Assembly: GCA_965644295.1 (NCBI GenBank)
Contig: CBFFRP010000167.1
Location: 1-64,000 of the forward strand
DNA: 64,000 bases
Source of the DNA: Paraphysomonas bandaiensis
Taxonomy: Eukaryota > Protista > Chrysophyceae
Direction: 5' to 3'
Below the pieces are notes generated by a model. The model made no database searches and was not told where the DNA came from. It was given only the letters and a program-made list of their open reading frames with translations. How positions within the stretch are numbered: position 1 is the first letter of the stretch; every line of letters begins with the position of its first letter. Made by a program: the position numbers and the translations under genes. Of this stretch, positions 11,402-25,456 are shown piece after piece.

Positions 11402-12436
11402 ATGGCGTCTCTTCCAGCCCTTTTTTCTATAACAATATTTCTGATTGCAATCATTCATCTGAGTGCACAAGAGTGCTCAGAGGACGGGATATGTATCGCT
11501 CAGGATGATGTACGAATACCTAAATATGCTAATCGAGATGGTCGACCTGCAGAGGCTATAGACGACTGTTTTGATAAGCATGAACAGTGTCCTGCGTTTG
11601 TTAAGCAAGGAGAATGTGAGAAGAATCCGGGATGGATGATTATTAATTGTCCGTTGGGTTGCAATGCTTGTCATCTTCGAGATGCGTCAGCTCGATGCAG
11701 TCGTGATGTATTAAATACGACTCATACAGCGGCACTATATCCCGGACGTCTTAATGAAATATTTGAACGAATTGCTAGAAATGAAAACAATGAGTTCGGA
11801 GAAGTGACTGTGCTATCCCGTGATCCCTGGGTGGTTACTTTTGATGACTTCATGAATGTTGATGAGACTAACGCCCTAGTAAATGTTGTGGAGTACTGGG
11901 AACGATCAACAGATACAGGACGCATGAATAAGTTTGGTGAGGTAGGTAGGGTCCTATCAGATAGTAGAACTAGTTCCAATTCCTGGTGCCGGGAAAAGTG
12001 TGAGTCAAACCCCCACGTTCGGAGCATAATTGACCGGATCGCTTACACGACTTCAGTCCCTGTTCCCAATTATGAATCTTTCCAGGTTTTGCGTTATGAG
12101 ATTGGCCAGTACTATAAACCCCATCACGACACGGGGGGAAGTCAAATGCGTCTTGCTTGTGGACCCAGAATCCTTACTTTCTTTCTATACCTGTCTGACG
12201 TGGAGGAAGGTGGCGAGACTGCATTCCCGAAACTGGACATCTCTGTTAGTCCGAAACGGGGAAAAGCGCTCATGTGGCCGGGAGTGATGAGCGACAACCC
12301 AAATGTTATTGACCACAGGACAATCCATGAAGCACGACCAGTGACACGTGGACTGAAGTATGCGGCGAACACGTGGATACATCAATATGACTTCAAAACT
12401 GCGAATTTGTGGGGATGTACAGGCTCTTTTGATTGA
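11402..12436 (+). CDS. Secretory prolyl 4-hydroxylase alpha-like 2OG-Fe(II) dioxygenase with an N-terminal ShKT domain (intronless)
   Basis: Signal peptide; ShKT CFDKHEQC...GECEKNPGWMIINCPLGCNAC; RTSSNSW, ESFQVLRYEIGQYYKPHHD, FFLYLSDVEEGGETAFP, TIHEARPV..G.KYAANTWIH. Confidence 0.93.
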   Translation: MASLPALFSITIFLIAIIHLSAQECSEDGICIAQDDVRIPKYANRDGRPAEAIDDCFDKHEQCPAFVKQGECEKNPGWMIINCPLGCNACHLRDASARCSRDVLNTTHTAALYPGRLNEIFERIARNENNEFGEVTVLSRDPWVVTFDDFMNVDETNALVNVVEYWERSTDTGRMNKFGEVGRVLSDSRTSSNSWCREKCESNPHVRSIIDRIAYTTSVPVPNYESFQVLRYEIGQYYKPHHDTGGSQMRLACGPRILTFFLYLSDVEEGGETAFPKLDISVSPKRGKALMWPGVMSDNPNVIDHRTIHEARPVTRGLKYAANTWIHQYDFKTANLWGCTGSFD

Positions 12437-12764
12437 TTTATATCTCGGATAAGGGAAGGTAGAAATCAATGCAATGGATAGCATAGTAGCAACCTACACG
12501 TTATCTTTTATGTGGGCAGCGCATTGTAATTCAATTTGATGTTATTTAAATTCGGATTGCCGTATATTAAATGTTTTATTAAAATTAGAGTTGCCGTTGT
12601 GAGGATACTAAGTAGTCGTACTTAGCATCTAACCAGGAAAGACCCGATAACTTTGGGAATGTCAGCGTTCCCAGCTCATGCACAAACAATCATAGATCCA
12701 AAGTAAACACAGTCGCATATCTTCACCCTTCTCCGGGGCGCATAATTAAAAGAAAAGTTGTAGC

Positions 12765-12872
12765 CATGGCTGCGTAGCTACTGCGTAAGAATTAATTGTC
12801 AATAAATTGGCGCAGTTGTAGTCAATTAAAAATACAATTATTACTTGCTGTCCCAATTTCAATTAATTGCAA
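12765..12872. mobile_element. Decayed terminal fragment of the hAT family seen at 36570
   Basis: CATGGCTGCGTA...AATTAATTGTCAATAAATTGGCGCAGTTGTAGTCAATT...CAATTATTACTTGCTGTCCCAATTTCAA aligns with 36570-36660. Confidence 0.7.
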
Positions 12873-13587
12873 GTAAACTACGTACGTATACAGCTATACA
12901 TTAGTCATTAGTATGCAGTATACATTAGCTATTAGCTTGCTCAACTGTAGCACTAAATGCTAAGGAACCATACTCTTGCGCAAAACAGTCGCAACAACTA
13001 TTGAATAATCTTTCAACCTAATTGGTATCGAGTTTTATGCTGCAGTATCGAGTTTTCTTGTTAAGATGTGCTCGCTTCAGCTGCCTGTTACCATATGGGT
13101 CAATGGGTCAAATGTTGCCTGCTGTGTTGTCATTCTGAACTAGACTCTCACTTCTCACTATCATCATCTACCTATTAAGCAAAATACTTTAATTTGATCC
13201 TTTTCCGTTACCACTTTGTATCTTTACAACTGTCTTATCGAAAGCAGAATTGTCGCCCAGACGACGCTCGACAAGTCCAAGCTCCAGTTTATAGTTTATA
13301 GATTTATAGTATCGGTCGTCGTTATGGTTCCAAACACCTTGGTCGGTATACTTAAGCTGTCAACACTTAGTCACATTGATTGCAAAATATAAATATATTA
13401 CTTCTGCAAAATAACAAAGTTTGAATCTTGTACTTAGAAATGCAAAAACAAGGAAGCAAAGTCATAGAACTTTCACATCATATGACAAAACCTACATACA
13501 AGTGCTCATACGGTATATATCTAATCCCAATCTACTTTAAAGAATGTTAATGGAATATGAAAAGCTAACTTCGTGCCACATATGGCT

Positions 13588-14677
13588 CTAACTCCAATCC
13601 ATATCTAGTGCCAATTTGTAAATTTCTGATTTTCGAAGGTTTGTTAGCTTGCTGTCTGCCACAAGCTGCACCGCTTCTGATCGTTTTACGCCGTCCCTCA
13701 TCATACTTCTCAACATATCTTGGGCATTCTGTGCCTTCTCTTCTCTATCTACGCCGGGACTATAAGGGGCAAGGACTATGGTAAACTCTCCTCGGACAGA
13801 AGACCCAGATTCTCCCGGTTCTGAAGTTTCCATTTTTTCTCGAAGCCAAAGCAAGCTCTCTGATATCGAGCCTCTCCATACTTCTTCATGCAGCTTCGTA
13901 AGTTCCCTACAGCAGACGCAACGCCTATCCCCATGCACTACTGAAAGGTCAGTCATTGTACGCATCATGCGGTGTGGGGCCTCATACAGTACAACAATAT
14001 GAAGGGTAGACTGTACTAGATTCACGGTCCGCTTTCGTTCAACCCCTTTGTGAGGCAAAAATCCAAGAAAAGTGAATGCCGTCCCTATATATAGAGTAAG
14101 AGAAAAATGATCCACCAGAACATGCATAACACAAGCTAAACGAACCAGAAAATCCGCTGATCGATACCGCAGTTGTTACTGCAGATGGCCCAGGGACTGA
14201 ACACACGGGAATCCCAGACTCCACACATGCAGCTGCCAGCTCGCTTCCAGGGTCGGATATTGCGGGTGTTCCAGCGTCAGAAACCACTCCAATGTGCATC
14301 CCTTCTAGTGCCATCTTTACAATATTGTTAATTTGTTTTACATGGCTGTGCTCGTGATAACTAATGAGTAGTTTCTGAGGGATGTCAAAATGCCGAAGCA
14401 ATTGAATAGAACGCCTCGTGTCTTCAGCACATATCACATCCACTTTCCTGTATTACTATAACTGAATACTGTGCATACCATAAGATTAATTGAGGCACCT
14501 CAACGTCTCAATAGCTCTGATAGTGATATCTCCCAAATTACCTATAGGCGTTGCGATAAAGTGCACTGTTCCCACTCCATCTGCACTTGAACATAAATAT
14601 CTGCATCTATCCCAGCCAATAGGGGGAGAAGACGTACTTCCAGTGATATATCGATGTAACCTGCGCATGAGATACAT
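13588..14677 (-). CDS. rsmI: 16S rRNA (cytidine1402-2'-O)-methyltransferase RsmI homologue, probably organellar (2 introns; start codon uncertain)
   Basis: IATPIGNLGDITIRA, ICAEDTR, VSDAGTPAISDPG, VPGPSA, FLGFLP, YEAPHR, RELTKLHEE, RGEFTIV. Confidence 0.92.
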
Positions 14678-16210
14678 GACTGATAGTTACTTATTGGAAG
14701 GTTCGTGCAGATGGACTTGGAGGAACATGGCATACGTTCGAAAATCCCTACTTTTAGTGTAGTATTGCTATTTTAATGCTGAAAAAACACAATATGGTCC
14801 AGAATATCCTCCAATATCACAATAACAACATGCGCCACCCAATTAGGAATTCTACTCTCTGATTGGCTACGAAAACGCTGATTTTGTTTGGCCGTTTGGC
14901 CACAGACACTGCAGTCAATGCATCGTGAGTCGTAGTGGAACATCCGAGGTAAACAATCTTTACTGCTTAGATTCTACAACTCGTATGTTCTACTATGCAC
15001 AATGCACTAGTAGTTGAAACCTGAAAGTAGAAGAAAAGACAAAGACATAAAAACAGAATCTACACGTGTAACAGGTAGAATACTTAATGAAAACGGCGAG
15101 GAGGGATGTTTCCCATAACAAGTGAGCTCCTAGTTAGTACCTGAAGTGTCGTAGTATAGTATAAGCAACTACGCTGCATGTCACCCTGCATCACGTACTC
15201 TCCCGTACTTGGAGAACACAATATATCATTGTAGAGTATTCCATACTAATAAACACTACTGATTCAGGGCTAGGAAACAATAAATGGCAATACTATTGTT
15301 AGATAGCGTTCCGTAATACTATTGATGGAAGTTTTAAACAATACTATTTCAATATAATTGCATCATTACTCAGTAAGGAAACACATCCGTAGAATCCATT
15401 TTTTGTACATATCATTAATATCACATACATGACAACCAAATCCACTACATTGGCAATCAAATGCTCTAACTAGTGCTTAGCTAATCACAATTTTTTTATT
15501 CTCATTCTCTGAACCATCGTCGGTGACGTCAACATCGCTGTATTCATTCAAAATTAATTGACATATGAATGCATCTGGCCACAACTGGCGATTAACAATG
15601 GAACTGTTTTTATCTAAAGCAGACAAGGGATATCTATCCCTAAATTCTCTCAACAATCTATTCTTAGATTCTTTGGCATTCATAAAGATTCACGTGATTT
15701 GAACCTCCTGTTGGAAACTGATTCGAACTTTCTCAGGATGTTCATAAAGGAAGTAATATCGGGATTCTCTAAACCAGTAGGAAACATATCAGTCGTACAA
15801 ATCTTTTATACGCACCAATTTAGCAGAACCTGTAAGATAGATGACCATCGTGCGACATTTATCCTTTCTGACAGTAGACTGGTTTGGCCACGTAGCAAGG
15901 AATCATTCTTCAACTTACCCTTCAACTTAACCCTAACCCTTCAACTTAAAAGGATAAGAAGAGGCTATATCGTAGCTTATCATCATACTGTTCAGACTTA
16001 TTATCTCGTATGATGCACACGTATTTGTATCTAGGAAGTAGATGTTCTTCAATTAACATAAAGAAAACAAATGACAAGTTGATGGATTCATATCAACGTT
16101 CAACATTCAACATAATGGAATAACAACTGTTCCAAATAAGATTTATAGCAAGTCTTAGAATATTATGAAAGATACACTTTGCAGTATTTAGAAGATAAAT
16201 ATTGATTATA

Positions 16211-16302
16211 TAGTTTTATTTAACCACGGGCAATAAGGAGGCTATATCGTCCCGCGCTCAAAATTTTGAAGCGAGGGGCGAGGGGTTAAATTGTAGCTTA
16301 TC
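16211..16302. repeat. Dispersed repeat with a palindromic core (inverted copy at 58865-59340)
   Basis: GCTATATCGTCCCGCGCTCAAAATTTTGAAGCGAGGGGCGAGGGG is near reverse-complementary to 58929-58975. The flanks match 58865-58882 and 59320-59340. Confidence 0.75.
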
Positions 16303-17725
16303 CTCATGACGTTGAAAAGTTAGTATTAGATTGTATAGCTATTTGTAGCATGCTTGCTGTATTAAGAAATAGATGCTCCTTGATTACCATTAACAACACA
16401 AATGAGAACTCATATAGTTTCAAATCAATGATAAGTATACTGTAAGTGTGATGATAAATGTGAACAGTTGAATATGAAAGAGAGGCTTTTTATTGCCTTA
16501 ATTAGCATCATCATCACATTTATATACAGAAGGCTTTACCTCTGCAAGTGCACCTGATCGAATGATGTGTGTATGATATGAGACGCATAATATCCTGAGA
16601 AGCACGATATGGCTCAAACCCTGAAAGAACTGGGTGCCACTGCTCCCAACCACCTATATAGCATCAGATATGGTACTTAAACTATCCTGTAATATTCTTG
16701 AAGTTGTTTCGAAGTCCTGGATATAAAGACAGGTCACTTACACTGACATCGTTGTGATCTTATACAGCAGTCGAAGGATGGAATATAACTTGGAGTTAGA
16801 TTATCTGCTCTTGGTATTTCGCTCATGCTTGTGGTTTCTCTATAATGGTGTACTATAATGAAATCACTTACATATGACTGTCATTATCATACTTAGGATA
16901 GAAGTGAGCTTCTGTTGAACCGAATATTGAAGTTGAATGTCTATATTTGTCCGGTGCTGATATGAGCGCCCTGTTTAGACAAAATCAGGTCAAAAAAAAG
17001 CTTTTTTTGGGACAAAATGGGGATATAAACATATAAACTCCACATGAAGAATAAAGCCTAATAGTATAATAGCAACACTCGGTTGAATAGAGCTAGAACC
17101 ACACACGTTACGAATTTTATATCTTATATAGTTTGGCAATTATTTGTAGTCAATTTGATATTTCATTTTATTATCTTGTTGTATCACGCGTTAAAATGAG
17201 ATATACGTGAATCAATGAATCTTAGTAGTTCAAAATTAACGTAACACTATAAAATTTATATTGTAATAGGTATTTCGCTGCTATAAATTATATATCCTCA
17301 ACTATCTCTCATCGCTTTAACTTAGTACAAGCCTAAGCACGTATAAGTATAAGTGTGTCCGAATTATCAGAGAGCTTTCTATTCCACATGAGTAGTGAAT
17401 CTCATTAAAAGTGACAGATTCGCTCTTGCTATCGTCATTCCGTGCGTACACAGTATAAAATATTAAACTTTTAAATTACGAACGGGGAAATATAATTGAC
17501 ATATAGTCATCATGAGAACAATATTCAGAGGTAAGAATAACACAGAAAACGTAAATGCAATGTGGTTCGAAATGGCAGATAAAACGAAGGTGTATATGGT
17601 GTGCCGCACCTACAATACATAGGTTTCTGGGAAGCGATACATAAGTATATATCGGTCATAACAATGTAGCAAAAGTACAAGGCACAACTGCACCAAAAAA
17701 CACATACTAGACCTGCAGGTATCAA

Positions 17726-19235
17726 CTATTCCAACTCCTCAACCCTGCTCCCAACCCCCTCTCTAGACGTATTTTGTCTGTTATCAACCGACACGAAGAG
17801 CCTGAGGTCCGACGGGGTAAAGGGCTTTGCCAAAAACACATCCATCCCGGAGGCTATAGCGAGGCTACTGCTCTTGTCATCTGTATTGGATGAGGTTCCG
17901 ATCACAAATTGGCGCCGTACTATGCCTCGCTTCTTGTTCTCCTCCTCGTAACTTCTTAAAGTACGAGCGATCTGAATACACACAGCATACCGGTTAGAAT
18001 ATGTAGACGGGGTCGAGTGCTAAACAAAGGCTATACAAGTACATGTGATATTCAATGCTAACCTCAGCGCCACTCATGATTGGCATATTAAGATCGGTGA
18101 GTACGATATCGTAAGGCATACTATCCATGCGCATTAGCCGCTGCAGAGCATCTGAACCGTCACTTGTGGTATCGATACAGAAACCAGCGCTTTGCAGTCG
18201 ACGGGCAGTCAATTTAAGCGTAATGATGGAGTCATCAACGAACAGGACACGGAAGGGGCGAAGGAGACCGAGTCCCGCATACGGACTGCCCATTGGATTG
18301 TTGCGCTGTTGCTTCTGTAGTGTGTCGGTTATGTGGCTAGGGAGAGGAGTTTTCATGACGGAGAGCTTCTTCCTCCTTCCTCGGCCAGGAGGGGCACGCT
18401 TTACCAGAGGGCCGAGCTGAATGCTTGGCTCATTTGGTTTCTCACTTAGTGCATCGCTGGCTGCATCGATGTCATGAGCGGCATCCGTGAGCAAGGGAAT
18501 TTCGTTCCGTAACTGTCGATATATTGCTACAGCAGATTCGTAAACAGAATCCCCGGACGACTCTGTGCCAGACGCTGTTGGCAGACTTGACGTGTTATCC
18601 ACTCGAGACAGTTTGGACGGGTGTAGGGTGTCATCTTTCTCTGTATCGCCTTGACTTTGATTTTGTGCAGATTCAGAGGAAGAATTCAGACGACCCACAG
18701 AATTGCGAGGGCGCTTGCGTGAGAAGAAATGATTTAGCGACGATTTCACATCCTGTGCGGCCTGAAACAAATACTCCCCCATTTGTTCGACATGCTGTTG
18801 CTCTTTCTCAAAGTTTCTATGAGCAGGCTCTGAGTACATTGAGTACTCCCCCATACACTGACCAGGGATACACCCATTTCCCCCTGCTCCATTCGACATA
18901 ACAATATATGTCTTTGTCCCATTAGGTAGATACACTTCTTGCATAGGAGGATAGAGGGCTACTTGTCCATGTGAACCATTCGGCTGATAGAACCCTCCTT
19001 GAGGCATCATCGCAGCTGTAATTGGCATCGTACTTACCGAATGACCCGTAGACATCATCATCCCCCCGCAGGATGGAGATATATTCGTTCCTACATGAGG
19101 AGGAAACTGTTGTACATATGCTGTACGTGAACTATCCATATTAGGATCTTCTGATTCCATTTTGAATGATCCTCTTAGGAGTTCATTCTGATCATTCACA
19201 GGAAGACATCCTCCATTCCAATCGTAAGTTGACAT
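17726..19235 (-). CDS. Response-regulator receiver (REC) domain protein with a long low-complexity N-terminus (intron 17972-18062)
   Basis: RVLFVDDS...YDIVLTDLNMPIMSGAE|IARTLR...VIGTSS...SGMDVFLAKPF. The acidic pocket, phospho-Asp, Thr/Ser and Lys-Pro are all present. Confidence 0.88.
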
Positions 19236-20640
19236 GATTAATATATACGATGAGCGATGGATATGAATACGATCTGATTGAAACTATTCACAAAAAAAAA
19301 CAAAGTAAAAGAAGTGAAAAGTATGTGAATTTAGCGTACACACAAAGATAAAATTTATAAACTTAAAAGATAAAGTAGAAGAATTGTATTGATATAACCC
19401 TCACTTCCCTTGATACACTTCACATAACTCTGTTACTATATGTTCGGATCGTTTGTGCTGACATCATTATTCCCTCCAGATCATATTTCAGTTTAGAATT
19501 TTTCAGTTTTTAGAAAAGAATATCATATCTTGAAAAGAAACAAACTGAAAATTCGATACGAAAATCGAAATCTTGCTTGTATCTATTGCATCTTTATATA
19601 TACACAGTACATAGACACGTGAGTCAGTGGAACTTACGTGGATAGTAAATTCACGGAGGATATGCAGTGTTGCCGTTGAATCAGCAGCTATGTGATACCG
19701 AAAGGATGGAGGAGTTTCGTGTACGCGATATTAGAATCCTCATTTCCACCAGGATCGAGTCAATGGATGGTACTACAATTCAATATTTTAAGCACTCAAA
19801 CCCTTTCGCTTAAAACGCTTGAATGTCCCTAGAATTTTATCCGATACTCATTTAAACCAGTAGTTGTTAACAAAATTCCTGGTGATTTCGACAGTTTGTA
19901 CAGTAAAACATGCACCTCCCATACAGAGATCTATATGATAGTCTCATATAATATCTTACATACTATTGAGCATGTGATGTATATACAACAATTAATTCTT
20001 TATGGTATACTTGTACAACGTGCAATGTAAATATTTTTATGGATGTAACAATTACTAATACACTAATACAATTTCAGAGTCAATGCAGCGAACAAAACAT
20101 ACCCAGTTTTCTAAGATATAATTCCACTACTACATATTTCAGTAAACTATGATGCAATATACATATTTACATGCAGTGTTAGGTTGTTATTAAGTAAAAT
20201 AACAAGGCGTTGTAATTTACTGATTCTGCCTGAAAGATACATTCTATATTTTATAGTAGCACTCTAAACTCTAAACAGCAGCTCCAATGTATCTGCAGAT
20301 CTAATGTAACTAGTATAAGTATATAGTTAAGAAGGTTTAAGACGTAACAAATGTAATGTCGGGTACGTACACACTATGATATTAGAAACTACCAAGATTT
20401 TAACATAAAACACTAGCTACGTAGCTGTTGTATACGACAACAAACTCTTAGACTTATACGCTTTTCGTAATTGTTACATATTTTGTGGACAGATGATCTT
20501 GACGTCGTCGTTATGCACTTGGCTAACTCACATCCGAAAGTAACTACCACGTTAATAAATAAAATCCCTCAATTCCAATATTACTTATTAGAAGTGTATT
20601 CAAAATAGTAAGACTACAAAATAAAACTCTAAGTGGGACA

Positions 20641-21734
20641 CTATAACATGGCCACCCAAGGATGCCTTCGGATCGCATCGATACCGAGTCGTTGAGATGG
20701 TTCGACTGCAAGCATTTTCTGTAGCAAGTCCATGGCATCTTCCGATATGTGCACGTTCCATTGAAGCAGTAGATTTTTCAGTTTGCCGTCCCGAATCATC
20801 CTGAACCTCGGATCTAGAGGAGATGCATACTCCACTGGAGGCACTCCAGTTAAAAGAAAAAAAAGAACCACACCCGCAGCCCACATATCCACAAGTAGGC
20901 CATTAATGGGATTTTCATCAGCAAGGACTTCTGGAGCAACATAATTCTTTTTTCCAGAAGGATTACGTCTAGGTATGAGAAGCACATTGTCGTTCTCGGG
21001 AAGGCGGGGCAATCGAAGACACATGCCCATGTCGATGATTACACACTGCATGTCGCGTGTGAGGAGAAGATTCTCCAGGGAAATGTCTCGATGACATATA
21101 CCAATACTCTGCAGGTATGCCAATCCATCTAAAAATTGACAGAAAATGTGTCTCGCTTGTGCTTCCGTTAAAGAATTTGCCCCAACGAAATCGTACAGTT
21201 CTCCACCATCGCAAAAATTCATGATAGAGAAGAAATGTGCATCATCCTCAATGCAGCATATTTGCCCCATTACATTCGGATGGTTACTGCCAATAAATTG
21301 CAGAGCAGCGATTTCCTACAATACATTATTGTTAATATACATGATAAAAAATGTTTGACTAGTACATTCATTGGGTCCTCTTGTGTTCTTCCAGCTAATG
21401 CTACCATTCTATCTTTGAGTATAACTTTCACAGCGACAAAATTCGATGTTACTTTAAAAATGTGACTATTGTCTAGTCTCTCTACGACGCACCCACAGTA
21501 TACATCGCCAAATATTGCATCTTTTAGTTTCTTTCCCAACATGAAAATATGATGGGCTGATACGACACACAAGCCTTCTGCAATTCCCCCATCATCAGTT
21601 TGCACTTGAAGTAGATGTACATTTCCAGGTGTTATTACTGCATCTGGAAAGGGAAGTGGAAGTGCCACGAGATTACCATCAAAACTGTCAACGACTTCAA
21701 TTTGTTCTAGCTGTTCATGGCCAAAGAATTCCAT
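20641..21734 (-). CDS. Ser/Thr protein kinase, CAMK-like (intron 21316-21365)
   Basis: AIFGDV, VAVK, EDPMNE, GGELY, CHRDISLEN, IIDMG, GKKNYVAPE, DMWAAG, HPW. Confidence 0.92.
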
Positions 21735-22157
21735 TTCGTAATAGCCAGCCCTTTGAACAGTGCACGCATGTGATAATGACGCAATGTTGACTTAAAGGGG
21801 GGGGTTGATCACCTATTCATTACAATGCCTCGTAATGGGCTTGTAACTGCAATTGTTCGACGAGATGTGTGTGGTATGACAGGTGTCGTGATATGTGCTC
21901 ATATGCATGCAGCAGCAGTGTATCCTGTACGCTATACGTATATACAGTAGAGTTTGCAGTGTATTGCTGTAGTATTCGTAGTTCCTATATGCAACTGTGT
22001 ACTGCAGTATGCAGAAGATCATAACATGTGTGTGTAGTGTGTAGGATCATACGTATGATTCAGTACCTCACATATATATACATACATGTAGAGCAACAAC
22101 CCCCTGCAATCACCCCTGTACACTTCATATATAATAAAACATTGTTGTAGTGTTGCA

Positions 22158-23586
<1,429 letters not shown>

Positions 23587-23793
23587 TTGTTCCCTACGTA
23601 CGTTTTGGTGTCGATTGAATGAATATGAATTACTTGCCTCTATAGCAATCAGCCAATCGGCGATGCATGTGCTTCCTAGTTGCAATGCGTAGTTTAATAA
23701 ACATGTATGCAGTACTAGTAGTGAAAAGAAATTATGCTTCAGCTGCTAGTAAAAGTTAAGAGCAGTCGTATCGTCTATAACTCTTCATTGTAT

Positions 23794-24562
23794 TGAATGT
23801 CTTATTATTAGCAATAGGCGTTTAAGAGACAGAATTAACAAGTGCTTAACTATGGTTTCCTACTTATCAACGCTACGAAAGCTGCATGTGCGTCACCGCA
23901 AGCACCAAAGTGTAACCACTTTCGCTCTTTCACTCAAAGCAAATGCAGGGAGCAAGCAGAATGTTGATATACCTGACATCTACTGACTTTAGGATTTTTG
24001 AGTCCCTATTATGGTGAACAGCCCGGATGCTTCAGCAGGCAGCCCAATACCCCGGATGCTTGTTTATTCGTCAAAGCCCAAAACATCTACACAAGGAGAG
24101 CCACTTATATTAGTGTCCCTTGTACCTTGTACCACACAAGTACTCGGCTATGAGTGGGCAAATCGTATATTGAAAGTCTTATTATTAGAAATAGGCGTTA
24201 AAAACCTGTATCAACTTAGTAGCTAGAGATTAACGCTAGACAAACTAGTTAGACGTCTACCTGTAACTAATGAGTACACATTTTTATCCTAATATTTAAC
24301 GCTACGAAAGCTGCTTGTGCGTCGCCGCAAGCACCAAGGTGCGACCACTTCTGAGTTCTTAAGGTGAACATCCCGGATGCTTAACTTCAGCAGGCAGCCC
24401 AATACCCCGGTTACCCTTCTGGTGGGCCCTGTCCCGGATGCCCTCCTTGAGGTGGGCCCATTCCCGGATGCCTGTTTATTCGTCAGGGCCCAAAGACGTC
24501 TACACAAGTGACACTTATTAGTGTCCCTTGTACCACACAAGCATTCGGCTATGAGTGGGCAG
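23794..24562. repeat. Degenerate tandem duplication (~380-430 bp unit) with internal ~30-bp GC-rich subrepeats
   Basis: TCTTATTATTAG[C/A]AATAGGCG at ~23800 and ~24177; AACGCTACGAAAGCTGC at 23869 and 24298; GGTGAACA.CCCGGATGCTT...CGGCTATGAGTGGGCA at 24013-24160 and 24363-24562. Confidence 0.85.
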
Positions 24563-25024
24563 AAGAATATCTGCTGACTATGTTTGCGGCTCACGTTATT
24601 TTCCCAGAGAGAATCTCTGCGATACTTATCCCGCATAACACCACGAAAAGGCTCGAGTCCGAGTTTTCATAACAGTCTAATCATCATGAAAGACCCTTGT
24701 GTCAATGTGTTCCGATATATCGTATGCATTAGTACGTGTGCATGTTGTGAGGGCTGTTTCTTGTATAGAAATCGTGATGCTTGTTCTAACACAGCATAGT
24801 TCAAAATGCTTGTCTTGTGAAGTTTGTCTAATCATTGGTGAGGGTGATGACATGCATCTCGTTTGCTGGAAAAGATTTTGTCAGGCCTACACAGTCTTGC
24901 ACTGCTGGTATAATATGCACAGAGAACGGAAGTCGTTTGAATCGTAAGGGTGTGGATTTTCTAAAACAGAGTTGCAAACATCTTCCGCTGTCGTGCTATC
25001 AGACATTTCAGATCGCAAGATTAT

Positions 25025-25456
25025 GATTGTTTGTGTAATGTACCTAAAATATTGAATGTAGCCCACCAGGGTAAGTCTCATATATATCCCTTGCAGTAAA
25101 AGAGACACTACACCAAAAGGTGGGGTTATATATTGAGGAGCCCACTAATAAGGAGTAGTGGGTAGACACAGGTGCAGTTGATTCTGCATCTATTATTACT
25201 GGTGGATGTACCAGAAGTTCAGTTCATTATTGTTATACATAGCATTATAGTACGCATATATTATCATGTATAGTGTAACCGTTAAATTTTGACCTGTGTA
25301 ACTAATATAAAACTTATTAAATGTCTTTTAAAACATGTTCTCGTCACACCTACTGCAGTATTCATTGCAAAACTCATCCAAAATTCAACTTAAATTGACA
25401 TTTTCAAAATTTCACCAGGTTTAGACCGTTTCACCAGGATTGGTCATCACATCGAC
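25025..25456. repeat. Dispersed repeat, likely the end of a non-autonomous DNA transposon (copy at 43346-43785; terminus-like match inverted at 58242-58295)
   Basis: Shared blocks TGTACCTAA, TGTAGCCC[A/G]CCAGG, TGCAGTTGATTCTGCAT, TGTAACCGTTAAATT, TGTAACTAATATAAAA, CAACTTAAAT. The end TTTCACCAGGATTGGTCATCACATCGAC resembles the reverse complement of GTCGAGGTAATACCAAAACCTGGTGAAA. Confidence 0.75.

Noticed and set aside
13588-14677. RsmI as bacterial contamination or recent HGT
   Set aside because: It has spliceosomal introns and an N-terminal extension. Organelle-targeted RsmI homologues are known in algae and plants.
15911-15950. TAACCCTAACCCT telomere-like motif (GGGTTAGGG also near 42880 and 63978)
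   Set aside because: Only ~2 units each, which is expected by chance.
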